Positions 20,856-30,943 of a stretch of DNA of 49,590 bases are shown here, one piece after another. Numbering within the stretch: position 1 is the first letter of the stretch; every line of letters begins with the position of its first letter. A program made the position numbers and the translations under genes. The stretch spans positions 15,602-65,191 of the forward strand of contig CAYMBA010000001.1 in assembly GCA_964388535.1 (NCBI GenBank), in the 5' to 3' direction. The notes under the pieces are model-generated. The model was not told where the DNA came from, searched no databases, and saw nothing but the letters and a program-made list of their open reading frames with translations. Source of the stretch: an uncultured bacterium. GTDB taxonomy: Bacteria > Eisenbacteria > RBG-16-71-46 > CAIMUX01 > WJJG01.

Positions 20856-21806
20856 TCACGTGCCCTCGGCCGCCAGCCGCTCGAGGTTCCGCAACAGCCC
20901 CTCCCTGCCTGCCCGAAGCAGCGGGCTTCCGGATTCAGGAAACCGCCCTGTTGCCAGCTCAATCCGCCACTGCTCCTTCGACCAGCGACTGAAGGGCGGA
21001 ACGACCAGGAACTCCTCATGGCTGCTGGCGGCAGCACCCTCGTTCCACGGGCAGACCTCCTGGCAGCGATCGCACCCGAAGAGCCAAGGCGCTATCGAGG
21101 GCACGCCTGAGGCCGGAAAGGCCCCTTTGTGCTCTACGGTCCAGTAACTCACACACAACCTCAGATCCAGGATCCCCGCAGCACCGCGGGCACGCGACGG
21201 GCAGGCATCGAGGCATGCCCTGCAGTCACCGCAGCGGTCCCTGGCCGGCTCATCGGCACGCAGATCCAAGTTCAGGAAGACCTCACCGAGGAAGACCCAC
21301 GATCCCAGCCCGGGCACGATGAGCAGCCCATTGCGCCCAATCCAGCCGAGGCCTGCCTGCTGGGCCCAGTAGCGCTCGGCAACCGGTGCCGTGTCCACGG
21401 CCACCCTTCCTCGGGCACCGGGAAGGCGCTCTTCCACAGCCGAAAGCAGCCTCTTCAGCTTCGAGCGCACGACATCATGGTAGTCCATGCCCCATGCGTA
21501 TCTAGAGACGCGCAGTGGCGAACCCCAGCGCAGAGAAGGATTGTTGTAGGAGAGCGCCAGGCTGACTATCGATCTCACCTCAGGAAAGAAGGCCCAAGGA
21601 TCGCACCACACCGACGGGTTTCGCTCCAGATAGCGCAGACCCGCTGTGAACCCCTTCTCGACCCACTGCGCGTATGGGCATGGATCGATCCTGTGCGGGC
21701 GGGTGATCCCGGCGGCGTCGAACCCGAGGCGCGCGGCTTCAGCCTTGATCCACGCGGCCGCCTCCGCCGGATCCGCCCACCCCGCTGCCGATGCCTCCCC
21801 GCCCAT
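20856..21806 (-). CDS. queG: Epoxyqueuosine reductase
   Basis: SRYAWGMDYH, VDTAPVAER, GLGWIGRN, GSWVFLG, CGDCRACLDACP, GCDRCQEVCPWN. Confidence 0.93.
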   Translation of the reverse strand: MGGEASAAGWADPAEAAAWIKAEAARLGFDAAGITRPHRIDPCPYAQWVEKGFTAGLRYLERNPSVWCDPWAFFPEVRSIVSLALSYNNPSLRWGSPLRVSRYAWGMDYHDVVRSKLKRLLSAVEERLPGARGRVAVDTAPVAERYWAQQAGLGWIGRNGLLIVPGLGSWVFLGEVFLNLDLRADEPARDRCGDCRACLDACPSRARGAAGILDLRLCVSYWTVEHKGAFPASGVPSIAPWLFGCDRCQEVCPWNEGAAASSHEEFLVVPPFSRWSKEQWRIELATGRFPESGSPLLRAGREGLLRNLERLAAEGT

Positions 21807-21813
21807 CCGGCGG

Positions 21814-23190
21814 CTACTCCCCCAGCGGTTCGAAACGGGCCGTGAAATGCCTCAGGAATGGGGCTTCGTAGACCAGCTTCAGCCCCCGCAACTCGCGGCG
21901 CCGCTCATAGACGTCCAGGATCACCTCCGCGGCATAGTCCACGTGGCTCTGTGTATAGACGCGCCGCGGTATGGCAAGCCTGACCAGTTCCATCGGAGGC
22001 GGCTGGAACTCGCCCGTCTCAGGATCGGTCTTGCCGAACATGACACTTCCTATCTCAACGCCGCGCACACCGCCGGTGAGGTAGATCTCGTTCGCCAGTG
22101 CAACACCAGGGAACTGCTCCGGGGGTATGTGCTCAAGGAAAGCTCTGGCATCGATGTAGATCGCATGCCCGCCCGGGGGGGCTATCATGGGCACTCCACC
22201 CGCTTCGAGTCTTTCAAAGAAGTACTCGACAGAGCGGATGCGGTATTTGAGGTAGTCCTCCTCGAGCACCTCTCGCAGACCCTGCGCGATCGCTTCGAGG
22301 TCTCGGCCCGCAAGCCCTCCATATGTGGGAAAGCCCTCGGTCAGAATCAACATGTTCCTTGCCGCTGCGGCCATGTCGTCGTCATTGAGCGCAAGGAAGC
22401 CGCCTATGTTCGCAAAGGCATCCTTCTTGGCACTCATCAGGACTACATCAGCGTAGCTGAACATCTCACGGGCTATCTCGCGCACGGACTTTGACGAGTA
22501 GCCTTCCTCCCGAAGTTTTATGAAATAGCAGTTCTCCGCAAAGCGACATGCGTCGATGATGACCAGTGTGCCATGCTCGTGCGCAAGCCTTGCGGCCTCC
22601 CGAATGTTCTCCATACTGACCGGCTGACCCCCGCCCGAGTTGTTCGTCACCGTAAGGATCACACCGCGGACGCGCTCCCCGTACTCCTTCAGGTGATCCT
22701 TGAGCTTCCCGAGGTCGATGTTGCCCTTGAAAGGGTGGCGCTTCGATGGCACCAGGCCCTCGGGAATCGGCAGATCTATGGCCGTATCCTTCAAGTACTC
22801 GATGTTCGCGCGCGTCGTGTCGAAGTGCGTGTTGGACAGATAGACGCCACCTGGTTTGTGCAAGACGTTGAAGAGGATCTTCTCCGAGGCACGCCCCTGA
22901 TGGGTGGGAATGATGTTCTTGAAACCCGTTATCTCCCTGATGGTGCGCTCAAAGACGAAGAAGGATTTCGATCCGGCGTATGCCTCGTCTCCGCGCATGA
23001 TCCCGGCCCATTGCTCCGAGCTCATGCTGGATGTGCCACTGTCGGTGAGAAAGTCGATAAGAACGTCCTCGGCCTTCACCATGAAGAGATTGTAGCCGGC
23101 CTCCCGCAGTATCCTCTCCCGCTCGGCCCGCGTGGTCATCCGGATGGGCTCAACCGACTTGATCTTGAAGGGTTCGATGATCGTTTTCAT
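21814..23190 (-). CDS. tnaA: Tryptophanase (beta-eliminating lyase)
   Basis: PLP lysine in MSAKKD. Diagnostic residues FDTT, GVEIG and LRHFTARF match tryptophanase rather than tyrosine phenol-lyase (FTTT, MERG, LRFF). Confidence 0.85.
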   Translation of the reverse strand: MKTIIEPFKIKSVEPIRMTTRAERERILREAGYNLFMVKAEDVLIDFLTDSGTSSMSSEQWAGIMRGDEAYAGSKSFFVFERTIREITGFKNIIPTHQGRASEKILFNVLHKPGGVYLSNTHFDTTRANIEYLKDTAIDLPIPEGLVPSKRHPFKGNIDLGKLKDHLKEYGERVRGVILTVTNNSGGGQPVSMENIREAARLAHEHGTLVIIDACRFAENCYFIKLREEGYSSKSVREIAREMFSYADVVLMSAKKDAFANIGGFLALNDDDMAAAARNMLILTEGFPTYGGLAGRDLEAIAQGLREVLEEDYLKYRIRSVEYFFERLEAGGVPMIAPPGGHAIYIDARAFLEHIPPEQFPGVALANEIYLTGGVRGVEIGSVMFGKTDPETGEFQPPPMELVRLAIPRRVYTQSHVDYAAEVILDVYERRRELRGLKLVYEAPFLRHFTARFEPLGE

Positions 23191-23313
23191 GGCAGTTGGC
23201 CTCCCCTAGTGGGTTCCAAGGTGCGCCCCCAGCTACTGGAACGAACGAGGATAGAGCAGGCAAGGCAACTAGGGAAGAAACTCTCGTCTGGGAGGCGTGC
23301 GGAGATCTCCAAG

Positions 23314-24246
23314 CTACCGCTTCGCTCCGCGGGTTCTCAGCAGCTCGACGTACTCGGTCAGATGTCTCACCCTCGTTCTCGAACGCAGGCGGGAGTAGAT
23401 GAGAAGCAAGTTGCGCAGCATCCTTATCGTGATGTCACGCGCTGAAGAGATGGCCAGGTATTCCGAAACGAACCCCTCGCGTACGAAGTAGCCCTCGTTC
23501 GAGAGAAGCTGGGTGCAATCCTTCCTGGTGAGAATCTGCCCCCCATTGAAGGGATCGAAGAAAACCTCTTCGCGGGCATCCTGATACTTGACGAGGAAAT
23601 GTTTGGGAAGGCCCACGCCGTAGAGGGGCATCCCCACGCGCCGACCGACTAGGATGGTGACCACTGAAAGGGAGACCGGGATGCCCAGTCTCCTCTCGAT
23701 GACCTTGTTTATGTACGTGTTATCCGGGTCGTAGTAATCGCGGGTGTTGCCGGTAAAGCCCAGCTCGTCGAAGAGGTATTCCGAGAGAATCTCGACCTTC
23801 TCCCTGCCCGAAACCTCGCTCCTCGGTATCAGCGGACGAAGGCCGTCGGCCAGCTCTTCGAGCTGCAGATCGATCTCATCCGCATCGAGATCGGGATATT
23901 CGATTCGGGCAACCAGAACGGCAGCGTCCTCAAGATCGAAGGCCCCGTCAGGACGTGAGCCCAGCTCCCAGAACGCTCGTCTGAGGGACGCCACCTCGAT
24001 CTGGCGGGCAACCTGTCTGGCCCGCAGCCTCAGTCTGGGGTCGGGATCCTCCGAGATCTTCCTCAGCGCAGGCAAGGCCCTCTCGCCCACCCTGGCGAGG
24101 TTCTCCCTCACCATACTGAGGATCCGCTCGTCGTCATCTGCGAGCAGCGAGACCAGCGCCTCGATCTGGCTATCGGGCCACTCGGTAGCCGGGCGCAACT
24201 CCTTGCTGCCCTTCCGGCCCGAGATCTCACCCAGTCTGTCGCCCAT
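23314..24246 (-). CDS. SirB1/transglutaminase-like domain protein with N-terminal HEAT-like repeat
   Basis: GFTGNTRDYYDPDN, RRLGIPVSLS, GVGLPKHFLV, DPFNGG, RMLRNL. RBS GGAGGA. Confidence 0.85.
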   Translation of the reverse strand: MGDRLGEISGRKGSKELRPATEWPDSQIEALVSLLADDDERILSMVRENLARVGERALPALRKISEDPDPRLRLRARQVARQIEVASLRRAFWELGSRPDGAFDLEDAAVLVARIEYPDLDADEIDLQLEELADGLRPLIPRSEVSGREKVEILSEYLFDELGFTGNTRDYYDPDNTYINKVIERRLGIPVSLSVVTILVGRRVGMPLYGVGLPKHFLVKYQDAREEVFFDPFNGGQILTRKDCTQLLSNEGYFVREGFVSEYLAISSARDITIRMLRNLLLIYSRLRSRTRVRHLTEYVELLRTRGAKR

Positions 24247-24510
24247 GTATCCTCCAAGGTGCTTCCCACAGCCGGACCGGCACCAGTAGGCTTCCCTTGA
24301 CACCTCACCCAATCCGCACCGCGACCCATCCTAGCAGAGCGGGTTGCGCGCCCACAACAGAGTTTCCCTCTCTCGGCAGCAGACGACTCCCGAAGCGGGA
24401 CCTCGCACAGTTCCGGGCAGCAGACAACCCCGCCGCCGCTGCCGATCAGCGGGCCTTCAACACCAGTATCGGTCAGGTGTTCCCTCATCCCTGGAAGTCC
24501 CAAGGGCGCT

Positions 24511-24539
24511 TTGCCTTCTCGAGGACACCCAGCTATACT
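24511..24539 (+). promoter_or_regulatory. Putative sigma70 promoter for the peptidase-dusB-cdd-deoC operon
   Basis: TTGCCT, 17-nt spacer, TATACT. Confidence 0.6.
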
Positions 24540-24581
24540 GGCCAACCTCGATGGGAGGATCCCCGCCCGAGGAGGTTGCGC

Positions 24582-25727
24582 ATGGCGATGACGCAGCAGG
24601 AGAAGGACGAGGCCATGGCGTTGCTGGAGAGGCTGGTCAGCGTGCCCACCACCAGCTACTGCGAGCACTCGGTGCTGGCAGAAATCGAGGGAATCCTTCG
24701 CAGTGAAGGAATAGAGACGGAAAGGGACACTTGGGGCAATCTCCATGCTTCCCTCAGGGGCCCGGCGTCCGAGCCAGGCTGGGTCCTTGCCGCACACACC
24801 GACCACCCGGGCCTCCTCGTGACTGAGGCTGAGGGTACCAAGGCGAGGGCGCGCTGGTTTGGCAGGGTCTATCACGAGTTCTTCCGCGATGCGCGATTCC
24901 ATCTCTACCGGCCAGATGCAAGGGACTCATCACGCCGGATCGAGGCTTCGCTGATCGAGATCGAGGAGACCGACGAGCGGGACGTTCCGGTGCGACTCCT
25001 ACTGGAGGCTGCCCAGGCCGTTGAGCCTGGCACGGTCGGTGCCTTCGCAGTGGCCGCATTCAAGCGCAGGGGCGAAGAGTTGAGCATGAGGGCGGCCGAT
25101 GACCTGGCGGGTTCAGCAGCTGTAGTGGCCACACTCATCCGGCTCAGGCGCAAGCACGGCAAGGCACCAGTAGACGGGCTGTTCACCAGGGCCGAGGAAT
25201 CGGGACTAGTGGGAACTGCTGCCCTGGCCAAGGCGGAGCGGATGGATAGGCGATTCCGGTTCGTCGTGCTTGAGACGAGCAAGGAGATGCCTTGTGGCCG
25301 CTTCGGCGGAGGTATCGTCATACGGGTCGGCGACCGCTCGGCGGTGTACGACCCGGACCTCAACGCCCACATCTTGGAGCGCGCCAAGGACCTCGAGAAA
25401 GAGAACGAGGAGTTCCACTACCAGCGCTGCCTCATGGACGGGGGCGTGTGTGAGGCCAGTGCATGGCTTGCCTTCGGCTATCGAGCCACGGGGCTCGCCA
25501 TGCCCCTGCGGAATTACCACAACATGGGGCCCAATGGCTATGCACCCGAACAGATCCACGAAGGCGACTACCTGGGGGCGATCCAACTCATGGAGGCTCT
25601 TGCGGCTACCCCTCCTCCAAAGGCCAGTGACCCCCTGCCTGGGGTGCGCGACCGGCTCCTGGCCAGGCTCGATCGGATGAAGGATTGGCTCGAGAGAAGT
25701 GCCCGCGGGAATCCTGTCCTCGGATGA
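24582..25727 (+). CDS. M42/M20/M28 family metallopeptidase
   Basis: AHTDH, ADDLAG, AEE, LET and YHN metal-ligand pattern. RBS GGAGGT. Confidence 0.8.
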   Translation: MAMTQQEKDEAMALLERLVSVPTTSYCEHSVLAEIEGILRSEGIETERDTWGNLHASLRGPASEPGWVLAAHTDHPGLLVTEAEGTKARARWFGRVYHEFFRDARFHLYRPDARDSSRRIEASLIEIEETDERDVPVRLLLEAAQAVEPGTVGAFAVAAFKRRGEELSMRAADDLAGSAAVVATLIRLRRKHGKAPVDGLFTRAEESGLVGTAALAKAERMDRRFRFVVLETSKEMPCGRFGGGIVIRVGDRSAVYDPDLNAHILERAKDLEKENEEFHYQRCLMDGGVCEASAWLAFGYRATGLAMPLRNYHNMGPNGYAPEQIHEGDYLGAIQLMEALAATPPPKASDPLPGVRDRLLARLDRMKDWLERSARGNPVLG

Positions 25728-26755
25728 GCACGAGTCGATTGAAAGCCGTGCTGCCCGGGCTGGAAAGCGACCTGCCTCTGGTGCTAGCTCCACTGGATGA
25801 GATCTCCGACAGCCCGTTCCGGAGGATCGCCAGGCGTATGGGTGCCGACCTCGTCGTAACGGAGTTCGTATCCTCCGAGGGGCTCGTCCACCAGGCGCGC
25901 AAGAGCCTCAGGAAGCTGCCCATATCGGAAGAAGAGCACCCCGTGGCCGTGCAGGTGGTAGGCTCAAGGATCGCATCTGTCGTCCAGGCTGCGAAGATGG
26001 CAGAACAAGCCGGGGCGGATATCGTGGACATCAATTTCGGCTGCCCCGCCCGCAAGATCGCCGGGAAGGGCGCCGGCGCCGGCATGCTCAAGACCCCCGA
26101 GCTGCTCGAGCGGATGACCGAAGCGGTGGTTGAGTCCGTGAGTGTGCCGGTAACAGCGAAAATCCGCCTGGGATGGGATGAATCCAGCATCAACGTCTTA
26201 GACGTCTGCCAGCGGATCGAGCGAGCTGGAGCCAAGGCGGTCACGATCCATGCCCGCACGCGGAGCCAGGGTTTCAAGGGCCAGGCGGACTGGCGGTGGA
26301 TCGCCCGCGCCCGCCAGGAAGTGGGCATCGCGGTCATCGGCAACGGGGACGTAAGGACCCCGCAGGATGCGCTCAGGATGTTCCGGGAAACCGGGTGTGA
26401 CGGTGTCATGATTGGCAGGGCTGCAATCGGAGATCCATGGATCTTCGCCCGCACCCAGCAGTTCCTTCGCACGGGCACCGTTCCACCCCAGCCCCCACTC
26501 GAGGAACGCTTTGCCGTTCTGCTGGAGCACCTCGAGGATGCGATCCGATTGAAAGGCGAAAGGCTTGGCGTGATAGAGATGAGGAAGCACTACCGCGGCT
26601 ACTTCCGTGGACTCCCGGGTGCCCCGAGGCTGCGGGAAGCCATGATGGAGGCCACGACGTACGAAGGGGTTCGCAGGGTGCTGGAGCGCTACTGCAAGGT
26701 CGCACCCTCCCGCAGGAGCGCCTGGAATCTCCTTAGCGATGGAGATGAGCAATGA
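25724..26755 (+). CDS. dusB: tRNA dihydrouridine synthase DusB
   Basis: LAPL, DINFGCP, VTAKIRLGW, IHART, GNGDV, GVMIGR. ATGA overlap with the upstream gene. Confidence 0.92.
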   Translation: MSTSRLKAVLPGLESDLPLVLAPLDEISDSPFRRIARRMGADLVVTEFVSSEGLVHQARKSLRKLPISEEEHPVAVQVVGSRIASVVQAAKMAEQAGADIVDINFGCPARKIAGKGAGAGMLKTPELLERMTEAVVESVSVPVTAKIRLGWDESSINVLDVCQRIERAGAKAVTIHARTRSQGFKGQADWRWIARARQEVGIAVIGNGDVRTPQDALRMFRETGCDGVMIGRAAIGDPWIFARTQQFLRTGTVPPQPPLEERFAVLLEHLEDAIRLKGERLGVIEMRKHYRGYFRGLPGAPRLREAMMEATTYEGVRRVLERYCKVAPSRRSAWNLLSDGDEQ

Positions 26756-27165
26756 CGGACGAACACCTCCCGGAGGAAGATCTCGATCTGCTCGCCGAAG
26801 CGCGGCGCAACGCAGCACGATCCATCGCCCCGCCGGGTGAACAGGCGGGAGCCGTAGTCGTCTGCGAGGACGGACGCCACTTTGCAGGGGCCGCGATGGT
26901 GCTGCGCGTGGCCGGCCTCTCTGTCTGCGCGGAACAAGTAGCGCTCTCTGCTGCACGGGCGGCCACGGAGGCGCCGGTGGCCGCCATCGCGCTATGGATT
27001 CCCGAGGCCGCGGCGGAGCATCCCTGCGGAAAGTGCCTGCAAGTCTGGAAGGAGATTGCCCCGCAGGCCCGCTTTGTCTTCCAGCGAGGAGACCGGCCAC
27101 CCCGCCTACTGGATCTCGAGGCGCTGCTTCCAGACGCCTTCGAGCACTTCGAACCACGGAGGTAG
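26752..27165 (+). CDS. cdd: Cytidine deaminase-like zinc protein (atypical substrate pocket)
   Basis: CAE and PCGKC Zn/catalytic motifs, C-terminal LLPDAF. Confidence 0.75.
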   Translation: MTDEHLPEEDLDLLAEARRNAARSIAPPGEQAGAVVVCEDGRHFAGAAMVLRVAGLSVCAEQVALSAARAATEAPVAAIALWIPEAAAEHPCGKCLQVWKEIAPQARFVFQRGDRPPRLLDLEALLPDAFEHFEPRR

Positions 27166-27167
27166 AA

Positions 27168-27866
27168 ATGAGTGCAGAGTATGGCTCTGACCTAGCGCAG
27201 CGGATCGTATCGGCCATAGATCACACCCTACTGCGTCCGGATGCCTCGAGCGCAGACATAGCCCGCTTGTGCGAGGAAGCCAGGCAATGGGGCTTCGCGG
27301 CCGTCTGTGTGCACCCGCTGAGGGTGGAGCAGGCAGCGCGCACCCTTGCAGGCAGGGGGATCGCCGTCTGCACGGTGATCGACTTCCCCCACGGTGCCGG
27401 AACGGCCGCGAGTAAGGCCTTTGAGGCCAAAGAGGCAGTGGCAGCGGGTGCGACGGAGCTCGATATGGTGATCCCGGTCGGGGCCCTGAAGGAGGGTGAC
27501 ACAAGGGAGGTGCTCAGGCACATCGAGGCCGTTGTCAAGGCAGCTAGCCAAGCCATCGTCAAAGTGATCATAGAGGCCTGCCTGCTCGAGGACAGCGAAA
27601 AGGAAACCGCATGCCAGCTGGCTATGGAGGCAGGAGCGAGGTTCGTCAAGACCTCGACAGGCTTTGGTGGCGGCGGTGCGACACTCGAGGATGTACGCCT
27701 GATGCGCTCGGTTGTCGGGGAAAGGCTGGGGGTCAAGGCCGCAGGTGGCATCAGGACAGCCGAAGACGCCGTGGCCATGTTCGAGGCCGGCGCAACGAGG
27801 ATCGGCACGAGCTCCGGTGTCGCCATCGCCCGCGCCCTCCTGGGTCGGGAGCCCAGAAGCACATGA
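27168..27866 (+). CDS. deoC: Deoxyribose-phosphate aldolase
   Basis: [38 protein letters not shown]. Confidence 0.96.
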   Translation: MSAEYGSDLAQRIVSAIDHTLLRPDASSADIARLCEEARQWGFAAVCVHPLRVEQAARTLAGRGIAVCTVIDFPHGAGTAASKAFEAKEAVAAGATELDMVIPVGALKEGDTREVLRHIEAVVKAASQAIVKVIIEACLLEDSEKETACQLAMEAGARFVKTSTGFGGGGATLEDVRLMRSVVGERLGVKAAGGIRTAEDAVAMFEAGATRIGTSSGVAIARALLGREPRST

Positions 27867-27979
27867 GTGTGGAGAGGCCCATGGGATCCTGATAGGCTCG
27901 CGAGCATGAGGTCTGTGACGAGGCGTCGCCGCATTGCCGGCTTCCTCGGGGTCTCTCGATGCTCGGCAGCTTCGACCAA

Positions 27980-30943
27980 ATGAAACTTCTGCTCAGTGTA
28001 GCGATCGCGCTCCTTGCAGCCTTTGTTCATCCGAGCACTGCGCAGCAGACCGCTGGCGGTTCTACCGCGACAGGGACGGTCATAGGCATGGTCAAAGACG
28101 CAGAGACCGGTGAACCCCTCTCGCCCGCCAGCATACTGCTTCTTGGGACCCGCATCGGGGCGGCCACGCTCAAAGACGGTCGTTTCACCATCAAGAGCGT
28201 GCCGGCGGGAAGGGACACCTTCGAAGCAGTCTTCCAGGGCTATGCTCCCCAGCAGCAGGTCGCCGAGGTGCAAGCCGGGAAGACCGTCTTCCTGGAATTC
28301 ACCCTCCGCCGGACGATAGTGGGCACCTTCGTTGCCCCGACGGCTCACGGCACGCGCCCCGTGATCGACGTCAAGAAGACCTCCACCATCCACAGCTTCG
28401 ACTCGAAGGAAATAGAGCAGATGCTCACCCAGTCGCCCACGCTCGAGGACATAGTCGAGCAGCAGCCAGGTGTCGTCAAAGAGCGTGGCAAGCTGCACTT
28501 CAGGGGCGGACGAGCCGACGAGAGCCTCTTCGTCATAGACGGTGTGAAGGTGCGCGACCTGCTCTCCGGCGAGACGGCCGAGAACGCAATCGCCGCCCGC
28601 AGCGCCCAGCAGGTGAGCGTCATAACGGGCGGATTCAGCGCCCGTTACAGCCAGGCGATGTCGGGCGTCGTGGAAACCCGCATCAAGGAAGGCTCCTCAC
28701 ACTGGCATGGAGCGCTCAGCTATGACAGCGACATCCTTTTCGACACCCAGAACCTCCACCAGGTCTACGCGGAGCTGAGCGGCCCCAACGTGCCTCTGGC
28801 CTCCCTGCTCCGCCTCCTCGGGGGCAACTCCCCCAGGGTGACCTTCTTCAGCAGCCTCAGTGCCGACTTCACGAACACAAAGCGGCCGAGCGTGAAGGAC
28901 GTCCCCGGATCATCGGGCCTCCGCTCATCGGTCGAAGATCGCTTTCTCGGAATCCGCTTTCATTATGGCACGGACATGTACCCGTGCGCCCAGAACCGCT
29001 GGAGGGCCATCTTCAAGACTGCGTGGCATGTGAGCCCCTCGAGTAAGATCTCGCTTTCCTGGACGAAGACGATTTCCTTCTCCCAGGACTGGGGGAGCCC
29101 GGACATAGGCCAGATCGATCGGAACACCGACCGCTATCCGTGGGCCTGGGCGAAGCGCATGGACCACCACTACACGGTGACGAAGGACGTCAACATAGCG
29201 AGCATCAGCTGGGAGAAAACCCTCGGCGAGAAGACGATGACCGCACTCCGGCTCTGGCGGCACTACTCCGGCAGCCACAAGGACGTGCGCGGAATGCGCT
29301 GGGACGACCCCGACTACGACCGCCTGAACGATTCCCAGCGTAGCGAGATCGACTCCTCGTTCGTGGACACACCCTATTTCATCGACTCCGGCGACGCCCC
29401 CGACTGGAGAGACCGCTACGTCGTCGTCTGGGGCGCCAGCAACGAGTGGCACTACAAGGCCGGCGCCCACGACTTGCAGGCCGGGCTCTCTGCCGAGTAC
29501 CACGACGTGCAGTTCATCTCGATAAACGCGCGCAATGTCAGCCCTGCCACCCCTCTTGGCGACGAGTTCGATCTCTTCCACGTCACCCCGAATGCCGGCA
29601 ATCTCTACGTCCAGGACCACTTCGAATACCAGGGGCTCGTTGGAAAGCTGGGACTCGTCTACGACTACTGGTTCCCGGGGGCACAGATCGAGCGCGTGAT
29701 GAAGCAGGAGCCCTCTGACGAGGACAACCTTCCGCCACACCTGACCGAGGAGCTGCGCGAGAAGTTCTTCCGCGAAACGAAGTCCCTCTTCGGCCACAGG
29801 TTCCAACAGCAGCTAAGCCCGCGGCTGGGTATCTCCTTCCCCGTAAGTCGCAGGGCACACCTGTTCTTCGACTACGGCCACTACTACCAGCGCCCTCCCT
29901 ACTACTACATCTACACGAAGTGCGCTTCCCGTTCGGGCGAGAACTATCCGCGCATAGGAAACCCGACGCTCAAACCGAAGGTCTCCGTCACCTACGAGGT
30001 TGGCGCCGGGTATCAGTTCACGTCGTCCACCGCTCTTCGGGCAACGATATTCTGGAAAGACTTGTACAACTACCCGCAGACGATCACGTTGCAGCTGAGG
30101 GAGCGGCAGGGCGCGAGAAGCAACTTCTTCATGTACTGGAACAAGGACTATGCACGCTCCAGGGGCCTCGAGATCGAACTGCGGCGCAAGCGCAGCAACT
30201 ACCTCTCAGGATCGATCTCCTACTCGTACTCGGTCGCCAAAGGCAAGAGCTCCGATCCCAACAAGACGAAGCTCATTCAGGAGAGCGGCGGCGACTCTCG
30301 CGAGACGAGTCTCGGGGAGGAATACCTCTGGTGGAACCGGCCCCACAAGCTGACGGCCAGGTTCACATTCCTGGTGAGGAGGGATGAAAGGCCGCCCCGG
30401 TGGTTCGGTATTGCGTGGCCGAAGGACTTCTCCTTCACGATCTACTACAAGATCCGCTCTGGCAGGCCTTATACACCGATGACGCCTGATGGTCTGATGG
30501 CCGGCGAAGCGTATTCGGCCAACGGTCCCTACGACGCCACATGCAATATTTCAATCAGCAAGGGCTTCAAGACAGGGAGAAACCGCATTCGGATCTCATT
30601 GAACGTATACAATGTCTTTGACTACCGCACCCCCCTCGTCTTCGACTGGGCAACCGGAGAACCGTACGAGGTGGGGAAGGGATCGCTCACCGATCCGAGG
30701 GACGACCCTTCGACATACGAATCCAGACTCGAGGAGGATCTCAACCGAAGGCTCTCATCGTACGAGCGATGGTTCCGCGCGACCTATCACCGCGATCCCA
30801 CGCCCGAGGAGACCGACAAGTACGCAAAGGAGATAGCAAAGGGCACGGCCGCAGCGACGACCGCGGGATACTACAGCCGCAGCAATCCGGGGTATTTCGC
30901 CTCCGGCAGGAGCTTCAGGCTTGGTGTGAGCTACGAATGGTGA
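27980..30943 (+). CDS. TonB-dependent receptor with N-terminal carboxypeptidase-regulatory-like domain
   Basis: Signal peptide, G-x-VKDAETGEPL, plug motifs RGGRADE...IDGV and TGGFSARY, LSPRLG, GNPTLKP, C-terminal beta-strand ending in W. Confidence 0.92.
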   Translation: MKLLLSVAIALLAAFVHPSTAQQTAGGSTATGTVIGMVKDAETGEPLSPASILLLGTRIGAATLKDGRFTIKSVPAGRDTFEAVFQGYAPQQQVAEVQAGKTVFLEFTLRRTIVGTFVAPTAHGTRPVIDVKKTSTIHSFDSKEIEQMLTQSPTLEDIVEQQPGVVKERGKLHFRGGRADESLFVIDGVKVRDLLSGETAENAIAARSAQQVSVITGGFSARYSQAMSGVVETRIKEGSSHWHGALSYDSDILFDTQNLHQVYAELSGPNVPLASLLRLLGGNSPRVTFFSSLSADFTNTKRPSVKDVPGSSGLRSSVEDRFLGIRFHYGTDMYPCAQNRWRAIFKTAWHVSPSSKISLSWTKTISFSQDWGSPDIGQIDRNTDRYPWAWAKRMDHHYTVTKDVNIASISWEKTLGEKTMTALRLWRHYSGSHKDVRGMRWDDPDYDRLNDSQRSEIDSSFVDTPYFIDSGDAPDWRDRYVVVWGASNEWHYKAGAHDLQAGLSAEYHDVQFISINARNVSPATPLGDEFDLFHVTPNAGNLYVQDHFEYQGLVGKLGLVYDYWFPGAQIERVMKQEPSDEDNLPPHLTEELREKFFRETKSLFGHRFQQQLSPRLGISFPVSRRAHLFFDYGHYYQRPPYYYIYTKCASRSGENYPRIGNPTLKPKVSVTYEVGAGYQFTSSTALRATIFWKDLYNYPQTITLQLRERQGARSNFFMYWNKDYARSRGLEIELRRKRSNYLSGSISYSYSVAKGKSSDPNKTKLIQESGGDSRETSLGEEYLWWNRPHKLTARFTFLVRRDERPPRWFGIAWPKDFSFTIYYKIRSGRPYTPMTPDGLMAGEAYSANGPYDATCNISISKGFKTGRNRIRISLNVYNVFDYRTPLVFDWATGEPYEVGKGSLTDPRDDPSTYESRLEEDLNRRLSSYERWFRATYHRDPTPEETDKYAKEIAKGTAAATTAGYYSRSNPGYFASGRSFRLGVSYEW

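Noticed and set aside
21814-23190. Tyrosine phenol-lyase assignment
   Set aside because: Diagnostic positions are of the tryptophanase type (Asp in FDTT, His in LRHF, no Arg in EIG)
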